64,000 bases of DNA, taken from the NCBI RefSeq assembly GCF_001194135.2, contig NC_068993.1, positions 35,554,137 through 35,618,136 of the forward strand, written 5' to 3'. The notes beneath the pieces are model-generated. The model searched no databases, was not told where the DNA came from, and saw only the letters and a program-made list of their open reading frames with translations. A program made the translations under genes and the position numbers. Shown here piece after piece: positions 1 through 13,735 of the stretch (position 1 is the first letter of the stretch; every line of letters begins with the position of its first letter). Source of the DNA: Octopus bimaculoides (taxonomy: Eukaryota).

Positions 1-245
1 ATTTCTATTAAATTTAGCAGATTTCTTGTGTCAGATATTCTATCGAATATTTATTGAATAGTAGATTTATTTTCTCATCAGAATATGTTCAGATGTGTGT
101 GTGTCGTCAAAAAGTCTTCTAAAAGGTTAAGAGGAAATTATTTGGTGTGAAAGATTCTATTGAATTGAAAACCAGATTTCTTTTCTATTCAAAATATATT
201 CAGCTGTGTGTATATGTATAGTGATAAATGTCCAGATATGTAAAA

Positions 246-280
<35 letters not shown>

Positions 281-437
281 GGGATTTAAGTATGTTCGTA
301 AATTCTATTGAAAGGTTGGGGAGTGGGGGGAGAAATTATTCTTCTGCTTTTTTTTTTACTTTGTTCTTTGTGTCTTTTTTACATTTCCGCGTGTGCTTGT
401 GCGTTTGTGGATGGAATTCACCAGTACAGGTGCATAA

Positions 438-547
438 ACACACGCACGTGCACATGCACACACACACACACATTCACACACACAGACATACACACACACA
501 CACACAAACACACAAACACACACACACACACATACATATATATATAC
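438..547. repeat. (CA)n microsatellite
   Basis: Direct reading; representative of dozens of CA/TG, TA, GA, AAT and GATA arrays in the window. Confidence 0.95.
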
Positions 548-999
548 GCACATAGATGCATGGATAGATAAATAGCTAACTTTAAATATGCAGTATTATT
601 TACAGAATCAAAGAAAAATGGAATGTGAAAACAGATACATGCATAAATACAAAGAGAGATATTAGAGGAAAATGTTTACACGAGTAGAAAAATTGATTGA
701 AGTAGATATACAGGGAAAAAAAGATTGTTCAGTAATTTTATATTTTATATTTTCTTTGGGCATCATTTATACATCGGAAAGGATTACAGATTTTATTTTC
801 AGTAATCCTTTGAAAATATGGTTTAGCCTTGAAATAAAGAATGTTTCTTTGTGTAATTCTATTCGTTGTTAACCTCTATGGAACAGTGAACATGATTTCC
901 GACTCTAAATATTACTTAAAAAATTAAACTCAAAGATCTAAAAAAATCAATTTTTGAAGGTTCCACTTGTATACTACACCATTTTTCTTCTCTGTATGT

Positions 1000-1003
<4 letters not shown>

Positions 1004-1042
<39 letters not shown>

Positions 1043-1110
1043 GCGTACGCGCGCGTGTGTGTCTGCATGTATGTGTGTGTGTGTGTGTGTGTGTGTGGGT
1101 GTGTGAGTGT
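1004..1110. repeat. (TG)n microsatellite
   Basis: Direct reading. Confidence 0.95.
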
Positions 1111-2269
1111 CTATGTGTGTATGGTGTGCGTTGCTTAGAGAGAGACAGAGTGAGTGAAAATCAGAGAATATGTATAATTATATATTAAATAAATATACGG
1201 GTAGCAGAAATAAATTACTTTTAATTACATTACCTTCCAGTATGTACACCAACACATACGCGCGCGCGCGCACACACACACACACACACAGAGAAATATA
1301 TATATATGTATTCACACCGCACGTATCTATATCTTATATTTCTATATACAACGCATATTTTTTCATAAATATGTGTGTGTGTGATGTGTTTGTTAGATGT
1401 GGTTGTGTGTCTGTATGTGTGTATGCGTGTGTGTGTGCGTATGTGTGATGTGTGTGTACGCCTTTAGTTATGTATGAATATGTTATGTGTTTAAGCGAAT
1501 TGTCACTATAGGTCTGCATAGCACTGTGGTTGTTCGTACCAGCCAGTCCGTAAATATCCTATTTTTTAATGCATTACTCACGTCATAGATAGAACAGAAC
1601 CTTTATAGATTTGGTATTTACGTAAGCATGTAAGTTCTTCTTTTAGTTCACTATGACACTATTTATGTCTTTACATAAGCTTCATCGATCTCCTGATTGG
1701 ATGAGGTATATACAGTAGTAATATAGAAGATGAAAATAACATTTGCAGTTGCACCAAATTAATTAATTTTTAGAGAATACATTTTAAGAAAATAAATCTC
1801 TAATCTCTCTGTTTGTGATTCTGAATTAATATACTGTGTATTGAAGGGTAACAACAGCAGTCTCATATATTAGCGATATAGTAGTAATTTATTTTTGTTA
1901 TATTCGAATGATCAGGAGAAGTATAAGTGTTAAGGAAGGAAATTGCCTATAAAAAGAGTACAGGATTTGTTACTTTATTAAATTCATAAAGATGTGATGC
2001 CATGTGTATTAAAACTGTAGAGTTTAAACGATGAATATATTTACAATGATCATTGTCTTAAATATGTTTATCTTTTGGTCAAGATGGAAGGCAGTGCTCA
2101 TGACCCTTCATAGGGCCCGCGAGATTAGAGGGAGGGAGGAAGGTTGGAAGGTATTCTTAAACCGGAGACTTGCTCTGAATCCTTGCGAATGAATAGACGC
2201 TTCTAAATGCACCTAAGATACTAAGTAGCTTTGCTAAAAGTGATATTAATTCTACTACCAAAAACGCAT

Positions 2270-2340
2270 CACAGTGTAATTGAACTCAGAACGCAAGGTG
2301 GTTGCAAGTCATTTTGCTTGATATCTTAATGACTCTGACA
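2270..2340 (-). mobile_element. old fragment of tRNA-SINE family B head
   Basis: TTGAACTCAGAACG... is the reverse complement of CGTTCTGAGTTCAA seen in the family B copy at 30449; heavily diverged. Confidence 0.4.
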
Positions 2341-4464
2341 ATGTGAACGCTTTTGTTTGCAATATGTTTAAAATTCTGGCATTTGTTTCGCTCAAGGTTA
2401 AAAGAAGAGGACTCTCTTAATTAAAGTCTTCCATAAAACGCATGAACATTCACACAATGATTTCTAATAGCGTTTCACGGACGTAGTAAGAACAGAACAC
2501 ATAATCTTAAAACACATTGACCATAATTAAAATTACGAACCCTAGATGCGCAATTTTTTTTTAATATTTGCTGGGCAATTAATATACGAAAAATCTCAAG
2601 ATACAACGATGTTCAACATAGGTCAGGTTAGATTTTAACTTTTACCCCACCTAAGCTTATAAATAGTGTTATAATTCATAAATCGGTATTGAATAAATCT
2701 AACCCACTCCTTTCCTAGCAATCTTAACCTCGAACCCAATTAAAACCTATCATAATCAGAACTAAATAGATAGACCAAATCTACTTATAAAATAAGCATA
2801 GTTATATATGATATTGCTTAAGAAGCAATTTGATTTAGTTCTCAAATTGACTGAAATACACATTTTAATACCTTTGCAATGGGCTGCATGATTACGCAAT
2901 CTTTAAAGATTTCTCTGCAAACCATTTCCATATACCGTTCCTGAAGAAGTTTGTTATTATGGAAAATCCGCATGAAATAAGTAAGCAATGGTCGAAAAAA
3001 ACAAGTATGTCTCTTTCCTGCTAAACTCAACTCTCCTCAAAATTGGAACCTATTTTGCAATATAATTTGAGATATATAAAGCTCACGAGTAGCCATATTT
3101 GGAACGTCTTTCATCATACGTCTATTCTGTATTGAATTAAATTTAACAACAATTATTATGTTAGAGAGAGAAGATGAAACTTTGTGGTAAACTACAATGT
3201 TAATTTACATGATTACTTCTAAATCAATTTGAAGTTTGTGCTAAAAGTCGTAAGAATTTCTCGTGAGAATTGTAAATTGTATGGTTATCGATAACGAACC
3301 AATATTTAAGTTATCGTCCAATCCAATCAAACAAATAACCTTGTTTCAACTTCCAGTAAAATTCTGATTTACTGCGGCACATTCTTATCGGTCTGCGCAC
3401 AGTAGAGAAAGGAGACATCGCTTTCGAGTAGATCCGTAAACGATAGAGGCAATTGTATTTACGTAACATATTACTACGACCAGGTGCGAGATGGCCAATT
3501 AAATAAGGCAGCAGACTACATGCTCTTCTTTCGTACATTCAACGCTCACGTTGGGGTTTCCATCTGTTCCTAGGTGGACAAGAATTTTATACATTCATGC
3601 AATTCCCCAAGATGTCGGAGTCATCTCACAAAGGAATGTTGACATGTCATCTGGAAATATTCCCAATAATACACTTACAGCGTCATACACAAAGGATTAT
3701 CTGGTTCCAATTCATTTGAAATTACAAAAGCAGGATTCGTCGATATCTCTGAAGATTCTTTGTGAGGTATAGAAGTCATTGTTATTTATGTATCACTGGT
3801 GCATTTGGGAAAGCAAGGTCAACTTCAATAAATTTTGAACTCACAAGCACAAGTCAAATATCGAAAGGCAAATAATCCTGTGTTTTATCGTTTCCTGCCA
3901 GCTTCAAATGACTAATCTCCTAGATTGACGAAAGCAACAAATAATGGATTCACTTCAAAAAATAGCACAATGGATTCCAATGGAAAGTAATCTTAAACAT
4001 CAACAAAATATCAAAGCTGAATGTTATAGCAGTGATTGAAAATAATTCATTAATTGAATATATCTTCTACTCTCAAAAATTAATGACTATGTTGAATATC
4101 TAAACACGTTTCCACCAAGGACATTATCGCAATGCAAACAGAGTGTCATAGCTTACAATGGACACAATCGCGAGAAATCATGTCGTGTTTCACAACCTAT
4201 AGCATATTCGAAATGAAAGTTTAGTGAAGCGTTGTAAAATCACCAAGACATTTTCACATATATAACCACGATTCCTATAATGACATGCTCCTACATTGAA
4301 AATATATGAAAGCAGCTAATCAATACAATAGCATTAGAATTCAATAGCAGCAAAAATGGGCCTAAATATTCAAGAAAAAGTCAATATCAAACCAGACCTA
4401 ATTTTTTTTCAGATTTCTTGGACATGACTTCCATTGTAATTGCTAAATTACACACGCTTACGTG

Positions 4465-4561
<97 letters not shown>

Positions 4562-4565
4562 ATAA

Positions 4566-4612
<47 letters not shown>

Positions 4613-4613
4613 T

Positions 4614-4660
<47 letters not shown>

Positions 4661-4677
4661 TACATACATACATACAT
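4465..4677. repeat. compound (TA)n(GA)n(GATA)n(CATA)n microsatellite
   Basis: Direct reading. Confidence 0.95.
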
Positions 4678-6036
4678 TTATATTAAAAGGAATCAATATT
4701 ATATCTCAGAAGCCTCTATATGCTATGAAATATAAACTAAATGCGAAGAAAGAGACTATATATGTGCCCTGTTTTGTACATGACAATGAATTTGGATAAT
4801 ATATTATATCATATTACGATGGAGATGAGATATGTTTCTTGACTGGATATCTCTATATTCTATAAATCAGTGACAAACGTTGCTCGTAGTATTTAGTTTA
4901 TTCTCTCAACTCTTCGAAGTGAAAGAAGCATAAACTAAATACTAGCAATGCGTAGGCAATACATACACTCGCTCATATCTGATTTTGTTCATATCCTAGA
5001 ACATATCATAATCATACACCGCTTGAAATACAGTGATCTGTTCGGAGTAGTTGTGTAAAGGCAAAACTTACTTTCATGCAAAATGAACATAGAGATTTTT
5101 AGATCTAACATAGTTAAAAGAAAATATACGCAGGAGAACTTTGTAAAATCGAGTAATATTTCCTTTGCAACGGGAGATGATCCAGAAGAGGGTAAAGGGA
5201 AACCTCAATTACTCTGCTTAAGTGAAGATGGAAGTAGTTTATATTTCCTTTACATAAAGTAGTATTACAGACTTTCTATTAATATAAGAGAGTTATCTCA
5301 AATGAACAGGGCAAAAGCTATGTGATTATCTGATGCAACTTTAAAGGTGGAGACACGTCCAAAAGCGATTGCATTTATCAGGCATACACTTGTAAATACA
5401 TCGATGCCATAGTACATGGGTAAGAGACACACAAGAGGGATATGAGACACCTGACATGACGTACATTCATTGCTTGTAGTGGCTCTAAGTCACAGTGAGG
5501 GAGACTAGTCAAGCAGGCTTAACGAAAGATAAGATGAGGTTAAGGGACGACGACGTCAAAATCGACTTACAAGTACAATGAGATCCGAAGGTCACAGAAC
5601 CATATTAGATCAGTTCACAAAGAGAAGGTACTGAAAAAAAAGGCAGGAACTGCAAATATCTCCAAAAGATTAACAAACATATTACCCCTTAAAATTATCA
5701 AACTATAGCACTGTAGTTGTCATCTTGCGAGGGAAGTATAATAAGAATTACAGAAAAAGATGATAGGTGCAAATGCAAATAGACAAAGGAGAAAATAATC
5801 ACAGAAAAATATCCAGTATCAGACAACGAAAGTAGATGAGGAAGAACAATATGTTCGAAATGACAACGAAATATCTCATCAAGAAAATGTATAGAAGATG
5901 AACTATGATTTACTGTTCTTCCAAAATCAAACATTTAACTGACAAAATTACGCATCTTTCATGCCATGGATTCTCCGAAAAAGTTACAATGACACAAGTT
6001 CAGTTATAAACAACATTCAAATGACAGATTACTAGT

Positions 6037-6066
6037 ATAATGATAATAATAATAATAATAATAATG

Positions 6067-6103
<37 letters not shown>

Positions 6104-6110
6104 CAACAAT

Positions 6111-6155
<45 letters not shown>

Positions 6156-6168
6156 AATAACGATAATG

Positions 6169-6229
<61 letters not shown>
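6037..6229. repeat. (AAT)n/(AAC)n microsatellite
   Basis: Direct reading; abuts the LINE fragment at 6230. Confidence 0.95.
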
Positions 6230-6230
<1 letters not shown>

Positions 6231-6970
6231 CAATAGATCATATTATCTCTGGCTGCCCAGCCCTGGCTAAGAAGGAATATATTCACAGACACGACAGAGC
6301 TGGGACCTATATACACTGGAAGCTATGTCAACACTATGGAATAACAACAGAAAAAAGATGGTATAAACACACNNNNNNNNNNNNNNNNNNNNNNNNNNNN
6401 NNNNNNNNNNNNNNNNNNNNNNNNNNNNNNNNNNNNNNNNNNNNNNNNNNNNNNNNNNNNNNNNNNNNNNNNNNNNNNNNNNNNNNNNNNNNNNNNNNNN
6501 NNNNNNNNNNNNNNNNNNNNNNNNNNNNNNNNNNNNNNNNNNNNNNNNNNNNNNNNNNNNNNNNNNNNNNNNNNNNNNNNNNNNNNNNNNNNNNNNNNNN
6601 NNNNNNNNNNNNNNNNNNNNNNNNNNNNNNNNNNNNNNNNNNNNNNNNNNNNNNNNNNNNNNNNNNNNNNNNNNNNNNNNNNNNNNNNNNNNNNNNNNNN
6701 NNNNNNNNNNNNNNNNNNNNNNNNNNNNNNNNNNNNNNNNNNNNNNNNNNNNNNNNNNNNNNNNNNNNNNNNNNNNNNNNNNNNNNNNNNNNNNNNNNNN
6801 NNNNNACATACAGAAAATTGCACTACTGGGTACTGCACACATTCTACGCAAAACACTTTCAATACAGTAAACATAAGAGCACCACAGCAAACCACAGCAC
6901 ATACCCAAGGCGCACAGAGCTGCGCTCGGTAGTGAAGTGAAAGCACGTTATAAAAATAAAACTACTGAAC

Positions 6971-7041
<71 letters not shown>
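6230..7041 (+). mobile_element. 5'-truncated R4/Dong-clade (RLE) non-LTR retrotransposon 3' end with (AAT)n tail
   Basis: 6230-6372 translates stop-free as TIDHIISGCPALAKKEYIHRHDRAGTYIHWKLCQHYGITTEKRWYKH (zinc-knuckle region of RLE LINEs). After the gap comes IQKIALLGTAHILRKTLSIQ* (stop 6868-6870), a short 3' UTR and (AAT)n at 6971-7041. Confidence 0.85.
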
Positions 7042-7044
<3 letters not shown>

Positions 7045-8599
7045 GCCCTGTTGCAATACCAGTCACTGGCTCTCATGTCATCTGAGCTTAACTGATTGAA
7101 AGTACATGTTTTGTCTAGATATAGAAGATGGGCTACAGCAAGTATTCTGCTCAATACCAGAGATATGCTGGTCGGTTGTTTGACTTTAACCAGTTGAGTA
7201 TGTTGCTTAGTTACTGATGATACCTGCATTTCTGATCATGGTCAGAAGTAGTGGGGGAGCATCATAGACATCAGTTTAGAGGAATTCTTTGGAATTTAAA
7301 TAATTCACCTCTGAAAACATGGGTGTTTCGTTCAATATCTCTTGTACATCTCTAAAGTGTACAGGGGGAGAATTAGGAGGGTGCCCGATACAAAATTAAA
7401 TGGAGGGAATAAAACAATGAAATTAAAATAGTAAATACATTGGCTATGTCAGTATTGAGATACTTTATTCTGCAATAGACAAAGGCTGAACCACAAATCT
7501 TGGATAGAATTAGAAAGCTCTTCATAATTTACAACGCACACATTTTGTATGGCGGTCTTCTTGACCAAAATATCAAAAACTATACGGTTTATCTGAAAGA
7601 ACAGATAGTTGAAGTATGGCACTTACGTAAAGTATTTTATTTATCGAAAATATGTGATTTCACACTTATTTTACTATATTGTCACAATGTTATGTTCACA
7701 TGCACAGAATCATATATTTTCTCCTACAAAATATACTTGTAAAATAGGAGTGCATCTTATGCTAAAGTGAGTCTTATATGCTATCATACATGGTAGATGT
7801 TGTATCACTATTAAAGAAAAAAACTATGGTCTGTTTTATTTGACTTTCTGTCGTGTCGTTATTTTCTTGTATTCAAAGAAATTCGTTTCAACTACTAATA
7901 AACTACAAAATGTGTAATTTTCTATTCAATTTTTATAGTACTGGAATATACAGAAATCCCTGCGAATACGAGAGAATGCTAGAGCTTTTCAGCTAACCAG
8001 TTATTTCTTGCAACTTAACCTTTTCCCCATAGAAAAAAAATTTAGATTTGCTAAACGAAACAAACAAGTAAACATCAAGTCTGAAATAAGAATTATATCG
8101 AATAAAATAAATTGCATTTCACATTTCTTTTCTCTAGAATAAATGCTTTATTTTAATGAACAAATGGAAATACTCCAAAGTTTCGATAAATGGAAATACA
8201 ATTGTACAACTAAAAAGATCGAATACTATTAATTTTTTCATATGTGGATGATGGTAAATACATCATTATCAATAATAAAAATATTCAGTGGTTTCTTAGA
8301 ATACTATTAGAGCCTTGAAGGGTTTCTCTAGTGCATAACTATTGTACAATATGCCATATTCATTTAGCTTTAAATATAAGCAGAGATAATCTACATGGTC
8401 CTAGGGTGGAACCAAACTGTGAATGCTACCTCATAGAAGTAGCAACCAAATTGCCCCTTCAATTTGTACTGTCTTAAAATGGGGAGTGAACAGTGTAGCA
8501 ACTACACCATTTCTCTCTAAATAAATGATGAGATGACAATAGCTGTAACACTATTTTATCAGGTATAAGGGAAACATCAAACATCACATCGAGAACATC

Positions 8600-9345
8600 A
8601 ATTTAAAGCAGACGGAAGAACTGATACTTGCTGGAAATTATTCATATGCCCCGGCCTGAAAGTCCGTGACAGACCAACTAGTTGAGTCTCTTCGATGCTC
8701 AGAGCATCCTGAAGACGTCGTCGCACTTGGCTGCCACAAATCCTCCATAGAACGCCTGAGTGGAACTTTCGCTGCCGCATTGCCCGACTGACAGAGGACA
8801 GTGAGCATCTGATGACACTATAGGCGCCAGTCACCCTGCTTCGGTCTACGCTTGAACCAGGAATGCAGCTTAGTCAAAAACACGAGCTGTGGAAAATCAT
8901 CTATCAAAAACAGCATCCACACCTGCTCACCGTCAAGGAAGCGCTAGAGGTGTCGTGGCCTCAGCGCATGTCTGCCCATAAGCAGTCACAACATTCTACC
9001 ATTCGTCTCAGACAAATCTGACGAAGTGTTGTTGAAATGCCGCACACATCTGCTCGGGCTCGAGTACCATGCGCCCATTTTGGTCCACCAAAGACTGAAA
9101 CGTGGCTTTGTTACTGCGTTGCACCTTTGCCATTCGGATCCATCGAGCTGGTTTCCCTCCCATTTGTCTTAGAACAGGTGTCTTGGCACTGACAATGCAT
9201 CCTTCGTGCTTAGCATTGAACAACTGGTCCAAGGCCAATGAAGGCGCCAGCATGTCGTTTGCAATGCTTTTCCTAAGGACTTCTAAGTTTCTACGTTTCC
9301 CTCTACTCTATTCCTTTCTGTCGCTAATGCCTAATTACACCTAAT
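8600..9345 (-). mobile_element. decayed Tx1/L1-type LINE ORF2 remnant, RT domain deleted
   Basis: Pre-RT linker ALATERNRVERE...KHEGCIVSAK...LVDQNGRMVLEPEQMCAAFQQHF is joined near 9005 to the post-RT region LLMGRHALRPRHL*RFLDGEQVW...KRRPKQGDW...QAFYGGFV...RTFRPGHMNNFQ. Stops and frameshifts are present. Confidence 0.7.
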
Positions 9346-9424
9346 AGATTCTAGTTTAATTGCTCTCTTCAGCACAAATCACCATTTGTAGCTTACGATT
9401 GACCCGTTCGACGCCCGCTTAACT

Positions 9425-9547
9425 ACGTTAATGAGCAATCCTGCGACGGACAGGTGTCCCATCCAGGCGGGGAATTTATACGCCATGAAACCGGGAAACC
9501 GGCCCTATGAGCTGGCATGACTCGAGAAGGTAACTTTACCTTTACCT
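9425..9547 (+). mobile_element. tRNA-SINE family C 3' part (Deu/Nin-like domain)
   Basis: AATCCTGCGACGGACAGGTGTCCCATCCAGG...TATACGCCATGAAACCGGG...GACTCGAGAAGG with a TTTACC tail; shares TATACGCCATGGAAACCGGG and GACTCGAGA with 47075-47320. The domain name is recalled, not searched. Confidence 0.55.
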
Positions 9548-10096
9548 TTTTTGCGCTTATACTACCTATTCTGAGCAAGACTGTTTGTCAGAGAGAAGGA
9601 GAATGAAGAAAATCATTAACTCTATTTCTGTGGAAAGACAAATGTTCTGTCCTTCTGGCAATTTGTGGGTGTCCCCATAAGCAATTCTTTGTGGAGTATT
9701 TCGTTTATGGTCACACGGAAATCTACCATTCCTTTGGGATATTTTGCTTTCAGTTTGTTGTAAGTTTGTTGCTTTGTTTTTTTTAATAATTTTTATGTAA
9801 ATAAGGGTGTTCTGTGGTGATGCAATGTATTCAGTTAGAATAAGGTCCGAGTATTTTTAAATATGTTTTCTTAAGTTCTTGCTTGTATCTATGGCTGAGT
9901 AACTAATGATGCCTTGCGAGTGCTATTCATGTTGTTGGTCTGAATTGTTATGCGTTTTCGTTTCTTGAGGTATTTGTAACTTTGGTATTTGTAGTGTGGG
10001 GATGTTGGTAAGTGCGTTAGTGTACGATATCCATGGGGTATTTGTGTGTGTGTGTGTGTATGTGTGTGTGTGTGCGTGTGTGTGTGTGTATGTGTG

Positions 10097-10135
<39 letters not shown>

Positions 10136-11710
10136 TGCTTTGTCGGTTTCTGTGTCTACTCCTCGAGTCTGTTTTTAGCCCTGTACCCCTTGCAGTGAGA
10201 TGGGTTATTTAGTTAACAATTCACCAAAATTTGGGATACCAACTAATGAAACAACAAATTTTAAAGGAAAAGTACAGGCAACTAACAAGCATCCTCTTGA
10301 TCTAGTCACAAATAATAATAAGGCGTGAAAACTGTTCTAATGAAAAGGTCAAAAACGAATTGAAATGCAGTATTTGAACTCAGAATGTAAGAAGGTTGTA
10401 CACGTGGCTGTACTTTTCAAAAGCGCTTAAACGATTATGGTAGGAATCCATATTGTTGAGATATTTTTTTCATTTTTGTCAAAAGGATGTTCAAAATTTA
10501 ACGTAACTTCCGCAAGGAAATGACGAAACAATGCAAGTGGATTTAATTTAAGCTCTCTCTAATAACAAATAGATAATAGATTCAGTTTGCACCAAAACAT
10601 ATAATACACTTACTAGCGTGCGACCGAAACCACGATACCCCTTCCTCGCACTTTTTCAATCTCAGACAAAGGAAAAGAGGAAGTACATATCTGATCTTCT
10701 TCCCTCCCGCTTACTGAATTCATCATGCATGTACAAAACCTGATCATTGAGCTTGCACCTTCACATATTTTTTTCAGATTCGAGATACTATCGTACGATA
10801 CTGTCTCGTTGTGTAACATACGTATAATACAGAGAGCTCTAGTTTCATAAATATCTATGTTTTTGTGGGTACAATACGGAATAACATTCCGATTTCTAAC
10901 AAAAGGCCAACAAGAGTTAACTGTTCTCTAACAAAATGTGACATCGTGGTCAATTATCAAACATTACCTCTCTCGATCGTGACTTGACTAATTCATAAAA
11001 TAGGTCTATATTAAGTATCCTTCCGTCATCAGTCCTCTGATAGAAGATAAATTATATAACTCTATGTCGTGATTTTCTATAACATAAGGATACTAAATAG
11101 ATATGTACTCTAACAAAAACTATATATTATTGATATTTTCTCACCGAAAAACAGTTACATATCCAACAGAAGCAGGCTTACTAACAGTAGTGAAAAACAG
11201 ACATGCGCAGTATTATAAAGCATACATTGTTTATCAAACTAGTAAAGTCAGAATGAAGTACTCTTAACTTATCATAATATGTCATTTTATTTCTTGGTCG
11301 TTGAACATCAAAAGATAAAAAACGCGGGATGGAAAAAATATTTTATTTCTATATAATTTGATCCTTCCTGTATCCTTCTGACAAAACGGTCTCTATGTGG
11401 CAGGTAAATACTTCATTTTCACTGTTGACGAACCAATAAATAATATTACTTCCAACATAATTCTTTTGCCATTTTGACATGTAGCAATATTTTCCTTTGT
11501 ATTTTCAGCTAATGCATCCAGAGAAAGAAATGATATATTCGGAAACATCAAAAATGACAAAAATAACATATGACATACAATAAATATATTTCAAAAGATA
11601 TTTCAACCCAGAGTTATTTTTATTTTATACACATATATTCTGATCAACAACATAGGATGCTTACTTCCATATTTCAACCTCTAGATAGATATTTCTAATT
11701 CATGTATATT

Positions 11711-11812
<102 letters not shown>

Positions 11813-12993
11813 CATATATATATATATATATATGCATATGCACATGTGTGTGTTTGTGTTTATGTAGTGGGAGGGAAGGAGGTTAAGGCGATACAGAAAT
11901 AAAGGTTTGTATGCGTGTTTCAATTCAGTTACCATTGCAGGGTGCACAACCCCATTTTTCAATTCATATGCTCAACTTGTTTATTTTAGGTTGTTTTTTT
12001 TTTGGGGGGGGGTTTCACCGAATTCACTTATTGGACTGCAGATTTTAGTGATTTTTGTCAATTATACATCCTGAAGGAGTCAGGAAGCAGAACCAATGTG
12101 GCTTAACCTACCACACGTCACTATATGCATTTTCAGGCTCTTTCTATCACTTATAGCACACGAGTTTCTGTCTACAGACGTCACATGTTTAAAGTTGTAA
12201 AGTGAGTTATTACTATTGCGACACCATAAATTCTAGCATCAAACATCTTAAATGAAAACACAGAAAGTCTCCACACAAGCAACAGCTTATAAATATTGAA
12301 TTACAGTATCCCTCCTATTTTTCTAATGCTGGGTTATATGAAGCGATATTCTCTCTAAGTAACTGTACCGATTTATGCCATAAGAAATTTGCCGCTAAAT
12401 AAAGACACGCAAACATCAGCACCTATGTAAAGTTAGCGACTTGTTAAACTTCCCAGTACTCTTACATATTATCTGGATGCTCAGAAACAACGTTATTATG
12501 ATTGGGAATATTGTGGATAGAGTCATATCTGAAAAATTGCATATTCTAAAGCAACGCTCATAAAACTCTAATACAAAATATGAGGAGATGTACAATTTCC
12601 GTCACGGACAATCATTTCACCTACAGTATATTCAACAAATTTACACGGAAAATAAAACATTTGAACAAATGCAACAAAAAGGAATAACAAGTAGTACACA
12701 ACCTTTCTAAATAAAATTAATCTTGCACACTCGCTGACCTATAAAGAATCTTAACAAAGGAACTTCCAACAATTTCCATCAAGTGACCTGCTGAAGTAAT
12801 GGGAAGTAAGCTTACTAAAGTCTAATAACGACCTTATCCTCAAGTTGGGTCGAGCTGAAATTTGACTTGAGTTTAACATCGCTAAACGAATATTTGACGG
12901 ATACTGCGGGTGCTTGGTAGGATCTGGCTTATGGACTATTAAGTAAAAAAATATTTGCCAACACATACAAACTCTACGCAATGCATTTTATGT

Positions 12994-12999
12994 ATATGC

Positions 13000-13068
<69 letters not shown>

Positions 13069-13211
13069 TGTGTACGTGCGCGTACATGTATATATGTACA
13101 TATACACACACACATTTATATATGCATATGTATACATATATATAATACGCACGTATATACATATACATACATGCATATATATATGTATATATGTATGTAT
13201 ATGTATGTATG
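12994..13211. repeat. compound (TA)/(TG)/(CATA) microsatellite
   Basis: Direct reading. Confidence 0.9.
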
Positions 13212-13528
13212 TGTTACTCATTGCGGTAATTACTAGCATCAAGTATAATTTAAGGTGAAATTTAGTGCACCTGCACGTTTGACAGGTGATGTAGCTTTCA
13301 TACATACGTGCATATGAAATGCTAATTTCATATAATTAGTCAGTCAATATTGCTTTTAACTATGATCAAAGGCTTCAATACAGAATGTTGACTTTCAAAA
13401 TAGGTTATTTAAAATGTTTCTCAAGAGCAACAACTGCATATGGAAAATGGAAATGGTTTCGTCCAGGAATTAAAATAGGTCTACCTCGTACCCTACACTA
13501 ATAGCACTAGCAACGACGTGTGCGTGTA

Positions 13529-13582
<54 letters not shown>

Positions 13583-13698
13583 NNNNNNNNNNNNNNNNNN
13601 NNNNNNNNNNNNNNNNNNNNNNNNNNNNNNNNNNNNNNNNNNNNNNNNNNNNNNNNNNNNNNNNNNNNNNNNNNNNNNNNNNNNNNNNNNNNNNNNNN

Positions 13699-13735
<37 letters not shown>

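Noticed and set aside
7045-7340. Sequence that looks familiar as an Octopus interspersed repeat
   Set aside because: Single copy in the window, and no protein motif I could assign in any frame.
10608-10665. Possible 47-nt minus-strand exon ending at GTAAGT
   Set aside because: Acceptor is GAG, donor -1 is A, and the peptide is unrecognisable.
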